NCBI RefSeq assembly: GCF_963921235.1
Contig: NC_086108.1
Location: forward strand, 93,622,001 to 93,686,000
Reading direction: 5' to 3'
Origin: Mobula hypostoma
Lineage: Eukaryota
Length of the DNA stretch: 64,000 nucleotides
Shown piece after piece: positions 27,306 through 39,696 of the stretch. The translations under genes and the position numbers were made by a program. A model generated the notes under the pieces. That model saw nothing but the letters and a program-made list of their open reading frames with translations, did not search any database and had not been told where the DNA came from. Every line of letters begins with the position of its first letter. Position 1 is the first letter of the stretch.

Positions 27306-27528
27306 CTTCATGCTAGCGCTAACCCGTTGCTTCCCGATGTTCACGGTGCTCTCCTGGATCTACTCCGTCTCCATGACTGTGAAGAGTATTGTTCTTGAAA
27401 AGGAGATGAGGCTGAAAGAGACCCTGAGAATCATGGGAGTCACCAGCTGGGTGCATTGGGTCACATGGTTCATCGACAGCTTCCTCATGATGGCAACCAG
27501 TACAGTGCTGGTGACCGTGGTGATCATG
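27306..27528 (+). CDS. ABCA4: ABCA4 exon 14 equivalent (TM2-TM3)
   Basis: long pyrimidine tract, ccaag|C...ATG|gtaag; 223 nt; [40 protein letters not shown]. Confidence 0.96.
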
Positions 27529-27877
27529 GTAAGAATTCAGTGATAAGCACCACCCAAGCACATGGCATTCACCTTCAGAATAGGAGTCCAGGAATAAGAG
27601 TGGGAGGTAGGCCGCACGCCACCAGGTTCAGGCACAATTCCTACCATCAACTATCAGGCTCTTGAACCAAAGGGAATAACTTCACTTACCTGTCATTGAA
27701 ATGTTCCCTCTACTGATAGACTCACTTTCAAGGACTCTTCATCTCATGCAATAGATATTTATTGCTTATTTATTTATTATTATTATTATTATCATTATTT
27801 CTTCTTTTGTATTTGCACAGTTTGTTGTCTTCTGCCCTCTGGTTGAGTGCCCTAGTTGGGCGGTCTTTCATTGATTC

Positions 27878-28858
27878 AAGTACATTTATTATCAAAGAAT
27901 GTATGAATTATACAAACTTGACATTAGCTTGCTCACAGGTAGAAACCTGAAAGAACCCAATTAAGGAAAAAAAGAAGAAAAATAAAAATAAAAGACCAAT
28001 GTCTGATGCACAAGAGAAAAAAAAAACACAAATCATGCAAACAGTTGAAGTGAGCAACAGCATTCCGAACCAAAACCGAGTCCTCAGACCCACAGCAGCA
28101 CAGAGTAGGCCCAAAGCCTCACTTATCAGTTTATCATATTAGCGAGCACGGAGCACAGCAGCCGCGGCTGTCTTCATAGACACAGTGCCATGGAGATGAC
28201 CATCACAGAGAGCAAATGAAATCTGCTCACGTCCCATCTGACACCCTGTCTTCTCAGTCCTTTTGGGCCAACATTTAAATTGACCAAACAACGCAAAAGC
28301 GAAAGGCTCCAGTGCCCAGACAGAGGAGTAAGATCGTGGAGGGCGAGCAAAATTGGCTCTCGCTTCTGATCTGGGGCTGGCGTTTAAACTGTCTAAACAG
28401 CGTATCGTGCCTCTCACTAGACCACGCCGTCCAACAACTCACTCTGGGCCCAGATTTCATTACCCAGCCTGAAGCCACTCCCAAGCTCTTCAAATCAGTT
28501 TGGCACCCAGAGCGATCCGATCCAACCTTGCACCCCGGCCAGTTGTACAGGCACCGGATCTCCTCTGCCCAGGCCCCAACTTCCCCTTTTAGCGCTCAGA
28601 GAGCTCCAACATCACGCCCAGGCAAGCTGCACGGGCATCGGAACTCCATCTGCAAAGATTCTGCGGCATACCATCTCCGCTCATCCCCCAATGTTACCTC
28701 ACTATTGCTTGTCCCTTCACTGTTTATGGCAATAATTTAACACAATTTACCACAGAAAAGGTATTTTTAGTGAAGTTTTTGGTCAGATTTCCTAGCTTTT
28801 TGACTACCTGAAAGTTGTCGCACATGTTCAGTAGCGCCATCTTAACCAGAAGGCAAGT
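27878..28858 (-). mobile_element. Non-autonomous LINE-mobilised element nested in a Rex/Babar remnant
   Basis: Minus strand starts CTTCTGGTTAAGATGGCGC and ends in a Rex-like AATAAATGTACTTGA tail; TGATTC on both sides; host repeat resumes after 28860. Confidence 0.5.
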
Positions 28859-30359
28859 ATGATTCTGTTATGGTTATTATTCTATAGATTTATTGAGTAT
28901 CCTCACAGGAAAATGAATCTCAGGGTTGTATATGGTTACATATATGTACTTGATAATAAAATTTACTTCGAACTTTAAACTTCACTCACCTCAACTCTGA
29001 ACTGACTCCACAACCTATGGACTCACTTCCAAGGACTCTACAACACATATATTCAATGTATATTTTTTATTTACACAATTTATCTTCATTCGCCATTTGG
29101 CTGTCTGTCAGTCTTTACGTATGTATAGTTTTCATTAATTCTATTGTATTTCTTTATTTTCCTGCAAATGCCTGAATAAGAGGAATCCCAAGATGCCTCC
29201 AGTAACATATACATGCTTTGAGAATAAGTTTACTTTGACTTTGAAATCAGCATAACCATAGACACGGGATATTTGTGCCCTGTATCACAAGCCTATTAAC
29301 ATTCTTTGATTTGGAAGCCTGGTTTGAATTAGTCTGCCATCAAACTTCTCTCTAAACAATGGGTGTATGGGTAACAGCCTCAACCAGGGAGTTTCCTTTA
29401 TCCATGTTTATACTTCCTGGGTCCTTTTGCATCGGAAAATCAAAGTAACTTTTTAATGATTTAATAGACTAAATGGATTAGTTTAAGTTGTGGACAGTGA
29501 TCTAGTGGTATCCAGGTTAAGGAGAGTTCAGAGATAACTCGCTGGGATAAAAAAAAATCAGGTGCTGCTGGATAAGGAAAGATCCAGATCAGGCAATTAT
29601 CACAAGCACTGCATATCTTCCTAATTACAGGAGATTGCAGATTCAAGGTTACCCTTTCTTTTGCAATATACTCATTTCAAATGAAAAAGCTTGGGGTTTG
29701 GCTAAGATAGGGCATGAGAATATTTTAGTTACCGAGCCAGCTGTGACTTTGATGGAGATTGGATTGTGCAGTCACTTTATCTGGACAGATGTTTATCTCC
29801 TGAGCTTTTTATTACTATCACCAGGCTGCAGGGAACCCCAGAGCATCGAAATTATTTATGTCTGAAAGTTTCAAGATGTAGAAGCCTGAATCTATTCATA
29901 GCCTACTAAAATACCTCACAGTCAAACAGAAATGGTTTTGTGAAAATGAATTAAATGGCTGGTTAATTGTTTTTTTTTGTGTTGGCTCTGTTTGAGGGTT
30001 ATATGTTCATTCACTGTTCTTCATTAAACAAAAACATTGGGGAATATGTTACAAATGCAACTTCAAACACTGAAAATTTGGAATAAAACAGACAATGCTG
30101 GAAATGCCCACAGGCCAGGGAGACACAGGGTTAATGAACTTCAAAGTTCAAAGTAAGATTTATTATCAGAGTATGTACATATCACCACATACAACTCCGA
30201 GATTCTTTTTCTGCTGGCATACTTAGCAAATCTATAGAATAATAACTGTAAACAGGATCAATGAACAACAAACTGTGCAAATGCAAGTATAAATAAACAG
30301 CAATAAATAATGAGCATGAAATAATAAGGTAAAAGAGGCCTTAAATGAATACAGTTACA

Positions 30360-30722
30360 TGGGTGTATAAGATGATGAGAGGCATTGATCGTGTGGATAG
30401 TCAGAGGCTTTTTCCCAGGGCTGAAATGGTTGCCACTAGAGGACACATGTTTAAGATGCTGGAGAGCAGGTACAGAGGAGATGTCAAGGGCAAGTTTTTT
30501 TACTCAGAGAGTGGTGAGTGCGTGGAATGGGCTGCCGGCAACAGTGGTGGAGGCGGATACGATAGAGTCTTTTAAGGGACTTTTGGATAGGTACATGGAG
30601 CTTAGAAAAATAGAGGGCTATGGGTAAGCCTAGTAATTTCTAAGGCAAGGTCATGTTCTGCACAGCATTGTGGGCCGAAGGGCCTGTATTGTGCTGTAGG
30701 TTTTCTATGTTCTATGTTTTCT
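30360..30722 (+). mobile_element. CR1 LINE 3' fragment nested in a Rex/Babar remnant
   Basis: VYKMMRGIDRVDSQRLFP; FFTQRVVSAWNGLP; (TTCTATG)n tail. Confidence 0.85.
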
Positions 30723-31753
30723 ATCCCTTTTATTCAAGAGTCTGATGGTTGAAGGGTAGTAATTGTTCTTGAACCCGGTGGTGTGAGTCCTGAGGCTCCT
30801 GTACCTTCTACCTGATGGCAGCAGTGAGAAAAGAACATGGCCTGGGTGGTGATGATCTTTGATGATGGATGTTGCTTTTTCTATGGCAATGTTTCACGTA
30901 GATGTGCTCAATGGTTGGGAGGGTTTTACCTGTGATGTACTGGGTTGAATCCACTACCTTTTATAGGATTTTCTGCTCAAAGGAATTGGTGTTCCCATAC
31001 CAGGCCATAATACAGCCAGTCAGCACACTTCCCACCACACATCTATAGAAGTTGGCCATGGTTTTTCATGACATGCTGAATCTCCGCAGGCTCTTGAGGA
31101 AGTAGAGGCACTGTCGTGCTTTCTTTGTGATTATATTCAAAGATTCAAAGTACATTTATTATCAAAGTATGTGTGCCGTATTCAACCCTGAGATTCGTCT
31201 TCTCCACAGACAGCCACAAAGTAAAAAAAGACTGTGAACCCGTTCAGAGAAAATCTTCAATCCCACACACAAAACAAAACAAATCGCGCAAGTGGAAACC
31301 AAAATAAAAACAAGTGAGAGACACAAAATATAAAACACAAAATCAAAAGAATCCAGGCATATTCATTTCAGCTCAGTTTTCATATCTTCAAAATCAACCA
31401 AAAAAGAAGCGACCAGAAACCAGAAATATATCATAACGTGAACTGCAGAGTCCAGTCCATAAACTTGAAGTCCATGAACATTTTCATCTGTCTCTCCCCG
31501 CAGATATTATCTGTCCTGCTGAGTAATTCCAGACTTCAGATTTTAATTACATTGTTAGTACTATCAATCCACTACTGGGCACTTATTTAAAGTGTCCGCA
31601 AAGCTTATCATTAATTACTGTCAGAGTTCTTGTCACTGACCAAGCCTTTAATTATGTGATTTGCTCTTTCTCATGTCCTCCAGAAGTTTGTCTTCCTCAC
31701 ATTTTGTTCTTTAAGATTTTAATTGTTTGATTCTCTTTTGCTTTTGTTCCCAG

Positions 31754-31975
31754 AGAGGAAATGTGCTGCACTACAGCAACCCCTTCCTCCTCTTTGTCTT
31801 TCTCCTGGTCTTTACCATAGCCACCATTATGCAGTGCTTCCTGCTGAGTGTGTTCTTCTCCAAGGCAAACGTGGCTGCTGCTTGCAGTGGGATCATTTAC
31901 TTCAGCCTCTACCTGCCTCACATTCTCTGCTATGCTTGGCAGGACAGGATGACCAGAAATATGAAGTTGACAGTG
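31754..31975 (+). CDS. ABCA4: ABCA4 exon 15 equivalent (TM4-TM5)
   Basis: cccag|AGA...GTG|gtaagt; 222 nt; [14 protein letters not shown]...[27 protein letters not shown]. Confidence 0.97.
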
Positions 31976-32388
31976 GTAAGTTTAACAGAGTGAAATCCTT
32001 ACCTCTTTGAATAGTCCAGCACTGGTTCACATTAACTAATAGATGAGGGCTTTCAAGATGAGGATCATTGCAAAGTATATTTGCAATATTTTAACCAGGA
32101 ACTAAATAAGGATTTTCACACCCAGCTTGGACATTGAGTCACATTGGAGGCCTTTCATGAATTGTTTCAGCCATTAGAAAGATTCAAGATTGTTTAATGT
32201 CAGGTGTAAAGGAGAATGAAATAATTATAATTCCAAATCTGATTCAGCACAAGAAAGAACAAAGATAAAGAACAGAATAATAAAATTTTAAAAGCACAAT
32301 AAAGATAAATACATAAGATAGCTTAGTTGTATGTCCATAAAGTGACGGTGTACATAAGGTGCCCCTGATAATTTTATATTCTTCTATC

Positions 32389-32952
32389 AGTCATAGTCAT
32401 ACTTTATTGATCCCGGGGGAAATTGGTTTTCGTTATAGTTGCACCATAAATAATTAAATATTAATAGAACCATAAATAGTTAAATAGTAATATGTAAATT
32501 ATGCCAGTAAATTATGAAATAAGTCCAGGACCACCCTATTGGCTCAGGGTGTCTGACCCTCCAAGGGAGGAGTTGTAAAAGTTTGATGGCCACAGGCAGG
32601 AATGACTTCCTATGACGCTCTGTGTTGCATCTTGGTGGAATGAGTCTCTGGCTGAATGTACTCCTGTGCCCAACCAGTACATTATGTAGTGGATGTGAGA
32701 CATTGTCCAAGATGGCATGCAACTTGGACAGCATCCTCTTTTCAGACACCACCATCAGAGAGTCCAGTTCCATCCCCACAACATCACTGGCCTTACCAAT
32801 GAGTTTGTTGATCCTGCTGGTGTCTGCTACCCTCAGCCTGCTGCCCCAGCACAAAACAGCAAACATGATCGCACTGGCCACCACAGACTCGTAGAACATC
32901 CTCAGCATCGTCCAGCAGATGTTAAAGGACCTCAGTCTCCTCAGAAAATAGA
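32389..32952 (-). mobile_element. Rex1/Babar LINE 3' fragment
   Basis: MLRMFYESVVASA...HRKSFLPVAIKL; same family as 4157 and 50779. Confidence 0.85.
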
Positions 32953-33154
32953 GAAATATTAGGTCACCCCCTCACACCTGATGCTCCAGAGACTGTCCAA
33001 TCTCTTCATCAGCGCAAAACCTAGCAGACACTGCAGGGAACACTGATGGGGTTAGAGGTTCCCCAGTGAGGTTGAGCAAACCCAAGCTAACATTAGAAGT
33101 TGCTGCCATTACTACTGCAAAGGTAGGCTATCTGAAATAATTGAATTCATTGCT

Positions 33155-33500
33155 CAATAGTGCAATGGTGTATGCTACTGTGTCACTGTTGCGGGGACTG
33201 AGATTCGATCCTGACCTCTGGTGCTGTCTGTGGGGCGTTTCTACACTCTCCCTGTGACTGTGTGGTTCTCCCTGGGTTCTCCCTGGATTCCCCAGTTTCC
33301 TCACAATTACAAAATGTGCTGTGGTCACTGTGTAAATTGTCCCTAGTTTATTAAGTGGCAAAAGGACCATGTGAAAGTTAATAGGCACGTTTGAGAGAGA
33401 ATGGGGTATTGCTGCAGGGAAAATAAGGGTGGAGGAATGGGTCAGGTAAGATTGTCCATTGGGGTCCTGCATGGGCCAAGTGGCCTTCTTCTGGGCCATA
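33155..33500 (+). mobile_element. V-SINE (older copy)
   Basis: GATTCGATCC B box and a decayed V-domain. Confidence 0.55.
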
Positions 33501-33614
33501 ATAAAGAAGAATTCTGAGAGCTATAGCAAGCTTACACAGCAGGCGAGGTGCTGCTCCCTGACTCTTCTCTGTGTTTAGCTGGAACACTCAAGAACACCAT
33601 CATCATTAAGGGCA

Positions 33615-34860
33615 TATTTTTCCGCAACATCATTTAAAGTCTCAGAAAGAGAATAGTAAAAGTTTGCAATGTGTAGCAATGATTTGGATGAAATTGTAGA
33701 TGGGTAATTAGCAAGCATGCAGATGACGCCAAGACTGATTGTGCTGTGGACAGTATAAAGGATTATCAAAGAATACAGCGGGATGCAGATCAGTTACAGA
33801 TATGGGCTGAGAAGTAGCAGCTGGAGTTTAATCTAGGCAAGTGTTAGGGGTTGTACTTTGGGAGATCAAATGAAAAGAGAAAGTATACAATTAATGGAAG
33901 ACTCCCTAATAGCACTGAGGCACAGAGGGATCTTGGGTCCATGTCCATAGTTTACTGAAGTGGCCATGCAGGCGGGTATGGGGGTAAAGAAGGCCTATGG
34001 CAAGGTTCCCTTCATTGGTAGGGTTATCAAGTATAAAAGTAAGGTAGTCATGCTGTACCTGTACGAAACTTTAGTCAGACTGCACTTGGAGTATTGTGTG
34101 TTACAGGAAGGATGTGGAGACAATGGAGAGGGTGTAGAAGTGGCTTACTAAGATGCTGCCCGCAGTAGTGGACGTGAGCCATAAGGAAAGGTTGGACAAA
34201 CTTGGGTTGTTCTTCATTGAGAATCAGAGGCTGTGGAGAGACCTGATGTGTGTTTCTATAAATGACGAGAAGCGTAGATAGGGTAGGCAGCCTGAACCTA
34301 TTCCTCAGCGTAGAATGTCAAACATCAGAGGGCGTGTCTTTAAGGTTAGAGAAGGGAAGTTTAAAGGTGATGTGAGGAGCAAGTTTTTTTAAGCTGGGAG
34401 TGGTAGATGCCTGGACTAGGATAACAGTGGTTGTATTAGAATCAGACACACAGGTGCAGTTTGTGAGGCTTTTAGATAGACACATAAATATTTTGGAAAT
34501 GGAATTGTGTTACTATTGCCACACATACAAAGGTACAAAGGAAAGTTTGTCCTGTATATTGTTCGTGCGTTGAGGTATTACAAGGTAAGTCAATAACAGA
34601 GTGCAGAGTAATGTGTTAAAGTTATAGAGAAAGAGTAGTGCAGGTAGATGAGAAGGTACAAGGTCATACCAGTGCAGATTGTGAGGTCAAGAGTCCATCG
34701 AGGGAACCGTTCTGTAGTTTTATAACAGTGGAAATATGAAGGGAATGGAGGGATAGGGATGAGACAGCAGGAAGACATTTAATATAAATTGGCATCAAGA
34801 TCAGCACAACATAGTGGGCCGAATGGCCTGCTCAAGGTTGTACTGATATATATTCTAAAA
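33615..34860 (+). mobile_element. Decayed CR1 LINE (RT C-terminus to 3' UTR), interrupted by a Rex-type tail at ~34500-34730
   Basis: ADDAKT-like segment and LYLYETLVRLHLEYCV. Confidence 0.75.
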
Positions 34861-35268
34861 GCCTTCACTGTGGTTGTGTCAGAAGCAGTTCGCTGTCATT
34901 GAAGAGCAGCACGAGAGGTAAATGCAAGCAGTCTTCTTATGCAGAGATCGGGTGAGACACACACTGGGTTAAGGGTGAAAGGGGAACACGAGGGGGAATT
35001 CCTTCATTCAGAAGGTGGTGAGAGCGTGGAAGGGCTGCCAGCAGAAGTGGTCAATGAGGGTTTGATTTCAACATTTAAGAGTAGTTTGGATAAGTACATG
35101 GATGGGAGGAGTACGAGGACTATGGTCCAGGTGCAGGTCAATGGGACTAGGCAGAATAATAACCTTGCAAGGACTAGATGGGCCTGACGGTCATCATTCT
35201 GTTCTGTGGTGCTTCTTGCTCTGTGCTGTGACCATCGCTGAATGGTTGTTTGTTTCTTGACATTTCAG

Positions 35269-35473
35269 AGTCTGTTGTCTCCAGTGGCCTTTGGGTTTGG
35301 ATCGGAGTATCTATCCCGCTACGAGGAACAGGGCATTGGTTTACATTTGGGCAATATCCACGCCAGTCCTGTTGAAGGGGACGAGTATAGTATGCTGCTC
35401 TCCATCGCAATGATGCTGTTCGACGCTTTTCTGTATGGAATTCTCGCCTGGTACCTTGATGCCGTGTTTCCAG
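35269..35473 (+). CDS. ABCA4: ABCA4 exon 16 equivalent (TM6)
   Basis: ttcag|AGT...CAG|gtatg; 205 nt; [25 protein letters not shown]...[11 protein letters not shown]. Confidence 0.97.
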
Positions 35474-36084
35474 GTATGCTGACGTCAAGTGGAAGATTGA
35501 AACTGGTTTGCTGGAGTTGATATTCTATGATCACATGTACCGAGATACAGTGAAAAGCTCATCTTGCATCTTTTTCATACCGATCGAATCATTACACCGT
35601 GCATTCAGTCAGTACAAGGGAAAACAAAGCAGAAAACAGAACGAGGTGTTGCTGTTACAGAGTAAGTGCAGTGCAGGTAGACAAGAAGGTGCAAGGTTAT
35701 AACGAGGTAGATTGTGAAGTCAAGACTCCAACTTATCAAACTGGGTATCCATTCAATATTTTTATTACGTATAGATTTTACAGGAGATACCTCTTTCATG
35801 AAGTCTCAAGATTTTGTTATAGCGATGATTTGCAAATATTATTAATTCCATCTGTTATTCTAACTATATGTCTCCCTATCCCTAAATTACACCTAAACCA
35901 TAGAAGGAATCACAGTCTCTGCTACGTTTAACTGTTTAATTGCACTGTAGGTAACATTTAATAATCAAATGTAATTATGATCATTTTTGAGAAGTGCTAT
36001 CTTGATATCCTGCATTTTAATCTTCTTTTTTGCTTTCAATTGTAATACAATAAACAAGAACAGGCACAAGGTGGCTATTTATCA

Positions 36085-36302
36085 TAAACACAAGGGTTTT
36101 TGCTGACGCTGGAAATCTTGAGCAACGCACACGAAAAGCTGAAGGAACTCAGCAAGCTGGACGGCATCTATGGAGAGGAATAAACTGTCAGCGTTTCAGC
36201 TGAGATTCTTCATCAGCCAGATGAAGGGATGTTGGTTCAGTCCTTTACATAGATACTGACTGACCTGCTGAGTTCCTCCAGCACGTTGTGTGTGTTCCTC
36301 AC
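36085..36302. mobile_element. Palindromic Penelope pLTR element
   Basis: TSD GGCTATTTATCA / GGTTATTTATCA; arms join at decayed hammerhead cores (~36206). Confidence 0.75.
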
Positions 36303-36534
36303 GGTTATTTATCAGTCAGGTCTTGGACAGCGTAGTACCTGTCAGGTACAATGGAAACAGGATACTAGGGGCAAGAGAACTGATAAGAGCCATCAAGCAT
36401 GTTTCATAGATACAAGGGGACTTGCAAACCCAACATAGACAGCACTCTGGGTGATCCCAGGTCACTAGAATTATGAGACAGCAACCAGGACCCCCTTTGC
36501 CATGAGGCCATAACTAAAGTAATTTTTTTTTACA

Positions 36535-39500
36535 TAGAAAATAAGAAAACCTACAGCACAATACTGGCCCTTCGGCCCCCAATGCCGTGCCGATCATGTA
36601 CCTTCTTTAGAAATTACCTAGAATTACTCATAACCCTCTATTTTTCCAAGCTCCACGTACCTATCCAGGAGTCTCTTATAAGATCCTATCATATCCGCCT
36701 CCACCACCATCACTGGCAACCCACTTCAAGCACTCACCACTCTCTGCGTAAAAAAACTTACCCCTGACATCTCCACTGTACTTACTTCCAAGCACCATAA
36801 AATTGTGCCCTGTCATGTTAGCCATTTCAGCCCTGGGAAAAAGCCTCTGACTATCCACACGATCAATGCCTCTCATCATCTTAGACACCTCTATCAGGTT
36901 ACCTCTCATCCGCCGTCGTTCCAAGGAGAAAAGGCCGAGTTCATTCAATCTATCCTCATAAGGCATGCTCCCCAATCCAGGCAACACTCTTGTAAAACTC
37001 CTGTGCACCAATTCTATGGTTTTCACATCCTTCCTGTAGTGAGGCGACCAGAACTGAGCACAGTACTCCAAGTGGGGTCTGACCAGGGTCCCTTATAGCT
37101 GCAACATTACCTCTCAGCTCCTAAACTCAGTCCCACAGTTGATGAAGGCCAATACACCATATGCCTTCTTAACCACAGAGTCAACCTACACCAAAGCTTT
37201 CAGTGTCCTATGGACTCGGACACCAAGATCCTTCTGATCCTCCACACTGCCAAAAGTCTTACCACTAATGCTATATTCTGCCGTATCATTTGACCTACCA
37301 AAATGAACCACCTCACACTTATCTGGGTTGAACTCCATCTGCCACTTCTCAGCCCAGTTTTGCATCCTATCAATGTCCCACTGTAACCTCTGACAGCCCT
37401 CCACACTATCCACAACACCCCAAACTTTCTGTCATCAGCAAATTTACTAACCCATCCCTCCACTTTCTCATCCAGGTCATTTATAAAAATCACGAAGAGA
37501 AGGGGTTCCAGAACAGATCCCTGAGGCACACTGCTGGTCACCGACCTCCATACAGAATATGACCCATCTACAACAGCTCTTTGCCTTCTGTGGGCAAGCC
37601 AATTCTGAATCCACAAAGCAATGTCCCCTTGCATCCCATGCCTCCTGATTTTCTCAATAAGCCTTGCATGGGGTACCTTATCAAATCCCTTGCTGAAATC
37701 CATATACACTACATCTATTGCTCTACCTTCATCAATCTGTTCAGTCACATCCTCAAAAAATTCAATCAGGCTCGTAAGGCACGACCTGCCTTTGACTATT
37801 CCTAATCATATTATGCCTCTCCAAATGTTCATAAATCCTGCCTCTCAGGATTTTTTCCATCAATTTACTAACCGCTGAAGTAAGATTCATTGGTCTATAA
37901 TTTCCTGAGCTATCTCTACTTCCTTTCTTGAATAAGGGAACAACATCTGCAACCCTCCAGTGCTCCGGAACCTCTCCTGTCCCCATTGATGATGTAAAGA
38001 TCATAGCCAGATGCTCACCTATCTCCTCCCTCGCCTCCCACATTAGACTGGGGTACATCTCGTCTGGTCCCAGTGACTTATCCAACTTGATGCTTTCCAA
38101 AAGCTCCGGCACATCCTCTTTCTTAATATCTATATGCTCAAGCTTTTCAATCCACTGCAAGTCATCTCTACAATCGCCAAGATCCTTTTCTGTAGTGAAT
38201 ACTGAAGCAAAGTATTCATTAAGTTCCTCTGCTATCTCCTCCAGTTCCATACACACTTTCCCACTGTCACACTTGATTGGTCCTATTTTATCACGTCTTA
38301 TCCTCTTGCTCTTCACATACTTGTAGAATGCATTGGGGTTTTCTTTAATCCCGCCCACCAAGGCCTTCTCATGGCCTCTTCTGGCTCTCCTAATTTCATT
38401 CTTAAGCTCCTTCCTGCTAGCCTTAAAATCTTCTAAATCTCTATCATTACCTAGTTTTTTGAACCTTTCATAAGCTTTTCTTTTCTTCTTGACGAGATTT
38501 ACAACAGCCTTTGTACACCACGGTTCTTGTACCCTACCATCCTCTCTCTATCTCATTGGAACATACCTTTGCAGAATGCCACACAAATATCCCCTGAACA
38601 TTTGCCACATTTCTGCTGTACATTTCCCTGAGAACATTTGATCCCAATTTATGCTTCCAAGTTCCTTCCTGATAGCCTCATATTTCCTTTTACTCCAATT
38701 AAATGCTTTCCTAACTTGTCTGTCCCTATCCCTTTCCAATGTCAGGGTAAAGGAGATAGAATTGTGATCACTATCTCTAAGTTGCTTTCCTTCTCCCACT
38801 GAGAGATCTGACACCTGACTAGGTTCATTTCCCAATACCAGATCAAGTCCAACCTCTCCTCTTGCAGGCTTATCTACATATTGTGTCAAGAAACCTTCTT
38901 GAACACACCTAACAAACTTCACCCCATCTAAACCCTTTGCTCTAGGGAGATGCCAATCAATATTTGGGAAATTAAAATCTCCCACCACAACAACCCTGTT
39001 ATTATTACATCTTTCCAGAATCTGTCTCCCTATCTGCTCTTCGATGTCCCTGTTACTATTGGGTGGTCTATAACAAACACCCAGTAAAGTTTTTGACCCC
39101 TTCCTGTTCCTAACTTCCACCCATAGATTCTCAGTAGACAATCCCTCCATGACTTCCTCCTTTTCTGCAGCCGTGACACTATCTCTGATCAGCAGTGCCA
39201 CGCCCCCACCTCTTTTGCCTACCTCCCTGTCCTTTCTGAAATATCTAAAGCCTGGCACTCTAAGTAGCCATGCCTGCCCCTGAGCCATCCAAGTCTCTGT
39301 AATGGCTACATCATAGCTCGAAGTACTGATCCACACTCTAAGCTCATCCACTTTGTTCATAATACTCCTTGCACTAAAATAGACACATCTCAAACCATTG
39401 GTCTGAGCACATCCCTTCTCTATCACCAGCCTATCCTCCCTCTCACACTGTCTGCAAGCTTTCTCTATTTGTGAACCAACTGCCCCTTCTTTCGTCTTTT

Positions 39501-39696
39501 CAGTTCGGTTCCCACTCCCCAGCAGTTCTAGTTTAAACTCTCCCCAATAGCCTTAGCAAACTTTCCCGCCAGGATATTGGTCCCCCTCAGATTCAAGTGC
39601 AACCCGTCCTTTTTGTACAGGTCACACTTGCCCCAAAAGAGATTCCAATAATCCAGAAACCGGAATCCCTGCCCCCTGCTCCAATCCATCAGCCAT
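36535..39696 (-). mobile_element. CR1 LINE with near-complete ORF2 (APE endonuclease + RT, disrupted) and ORF1 esterase C-terminus
   Basis: APE motifs ITETW, GDFNFP, SDHN; RT motifs [25 protein letters not shown]1 LYKKDGLHLN (SGNH DxxH) at ~39550-39690; split by stops and frameshifts. Confidence 0.93.
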
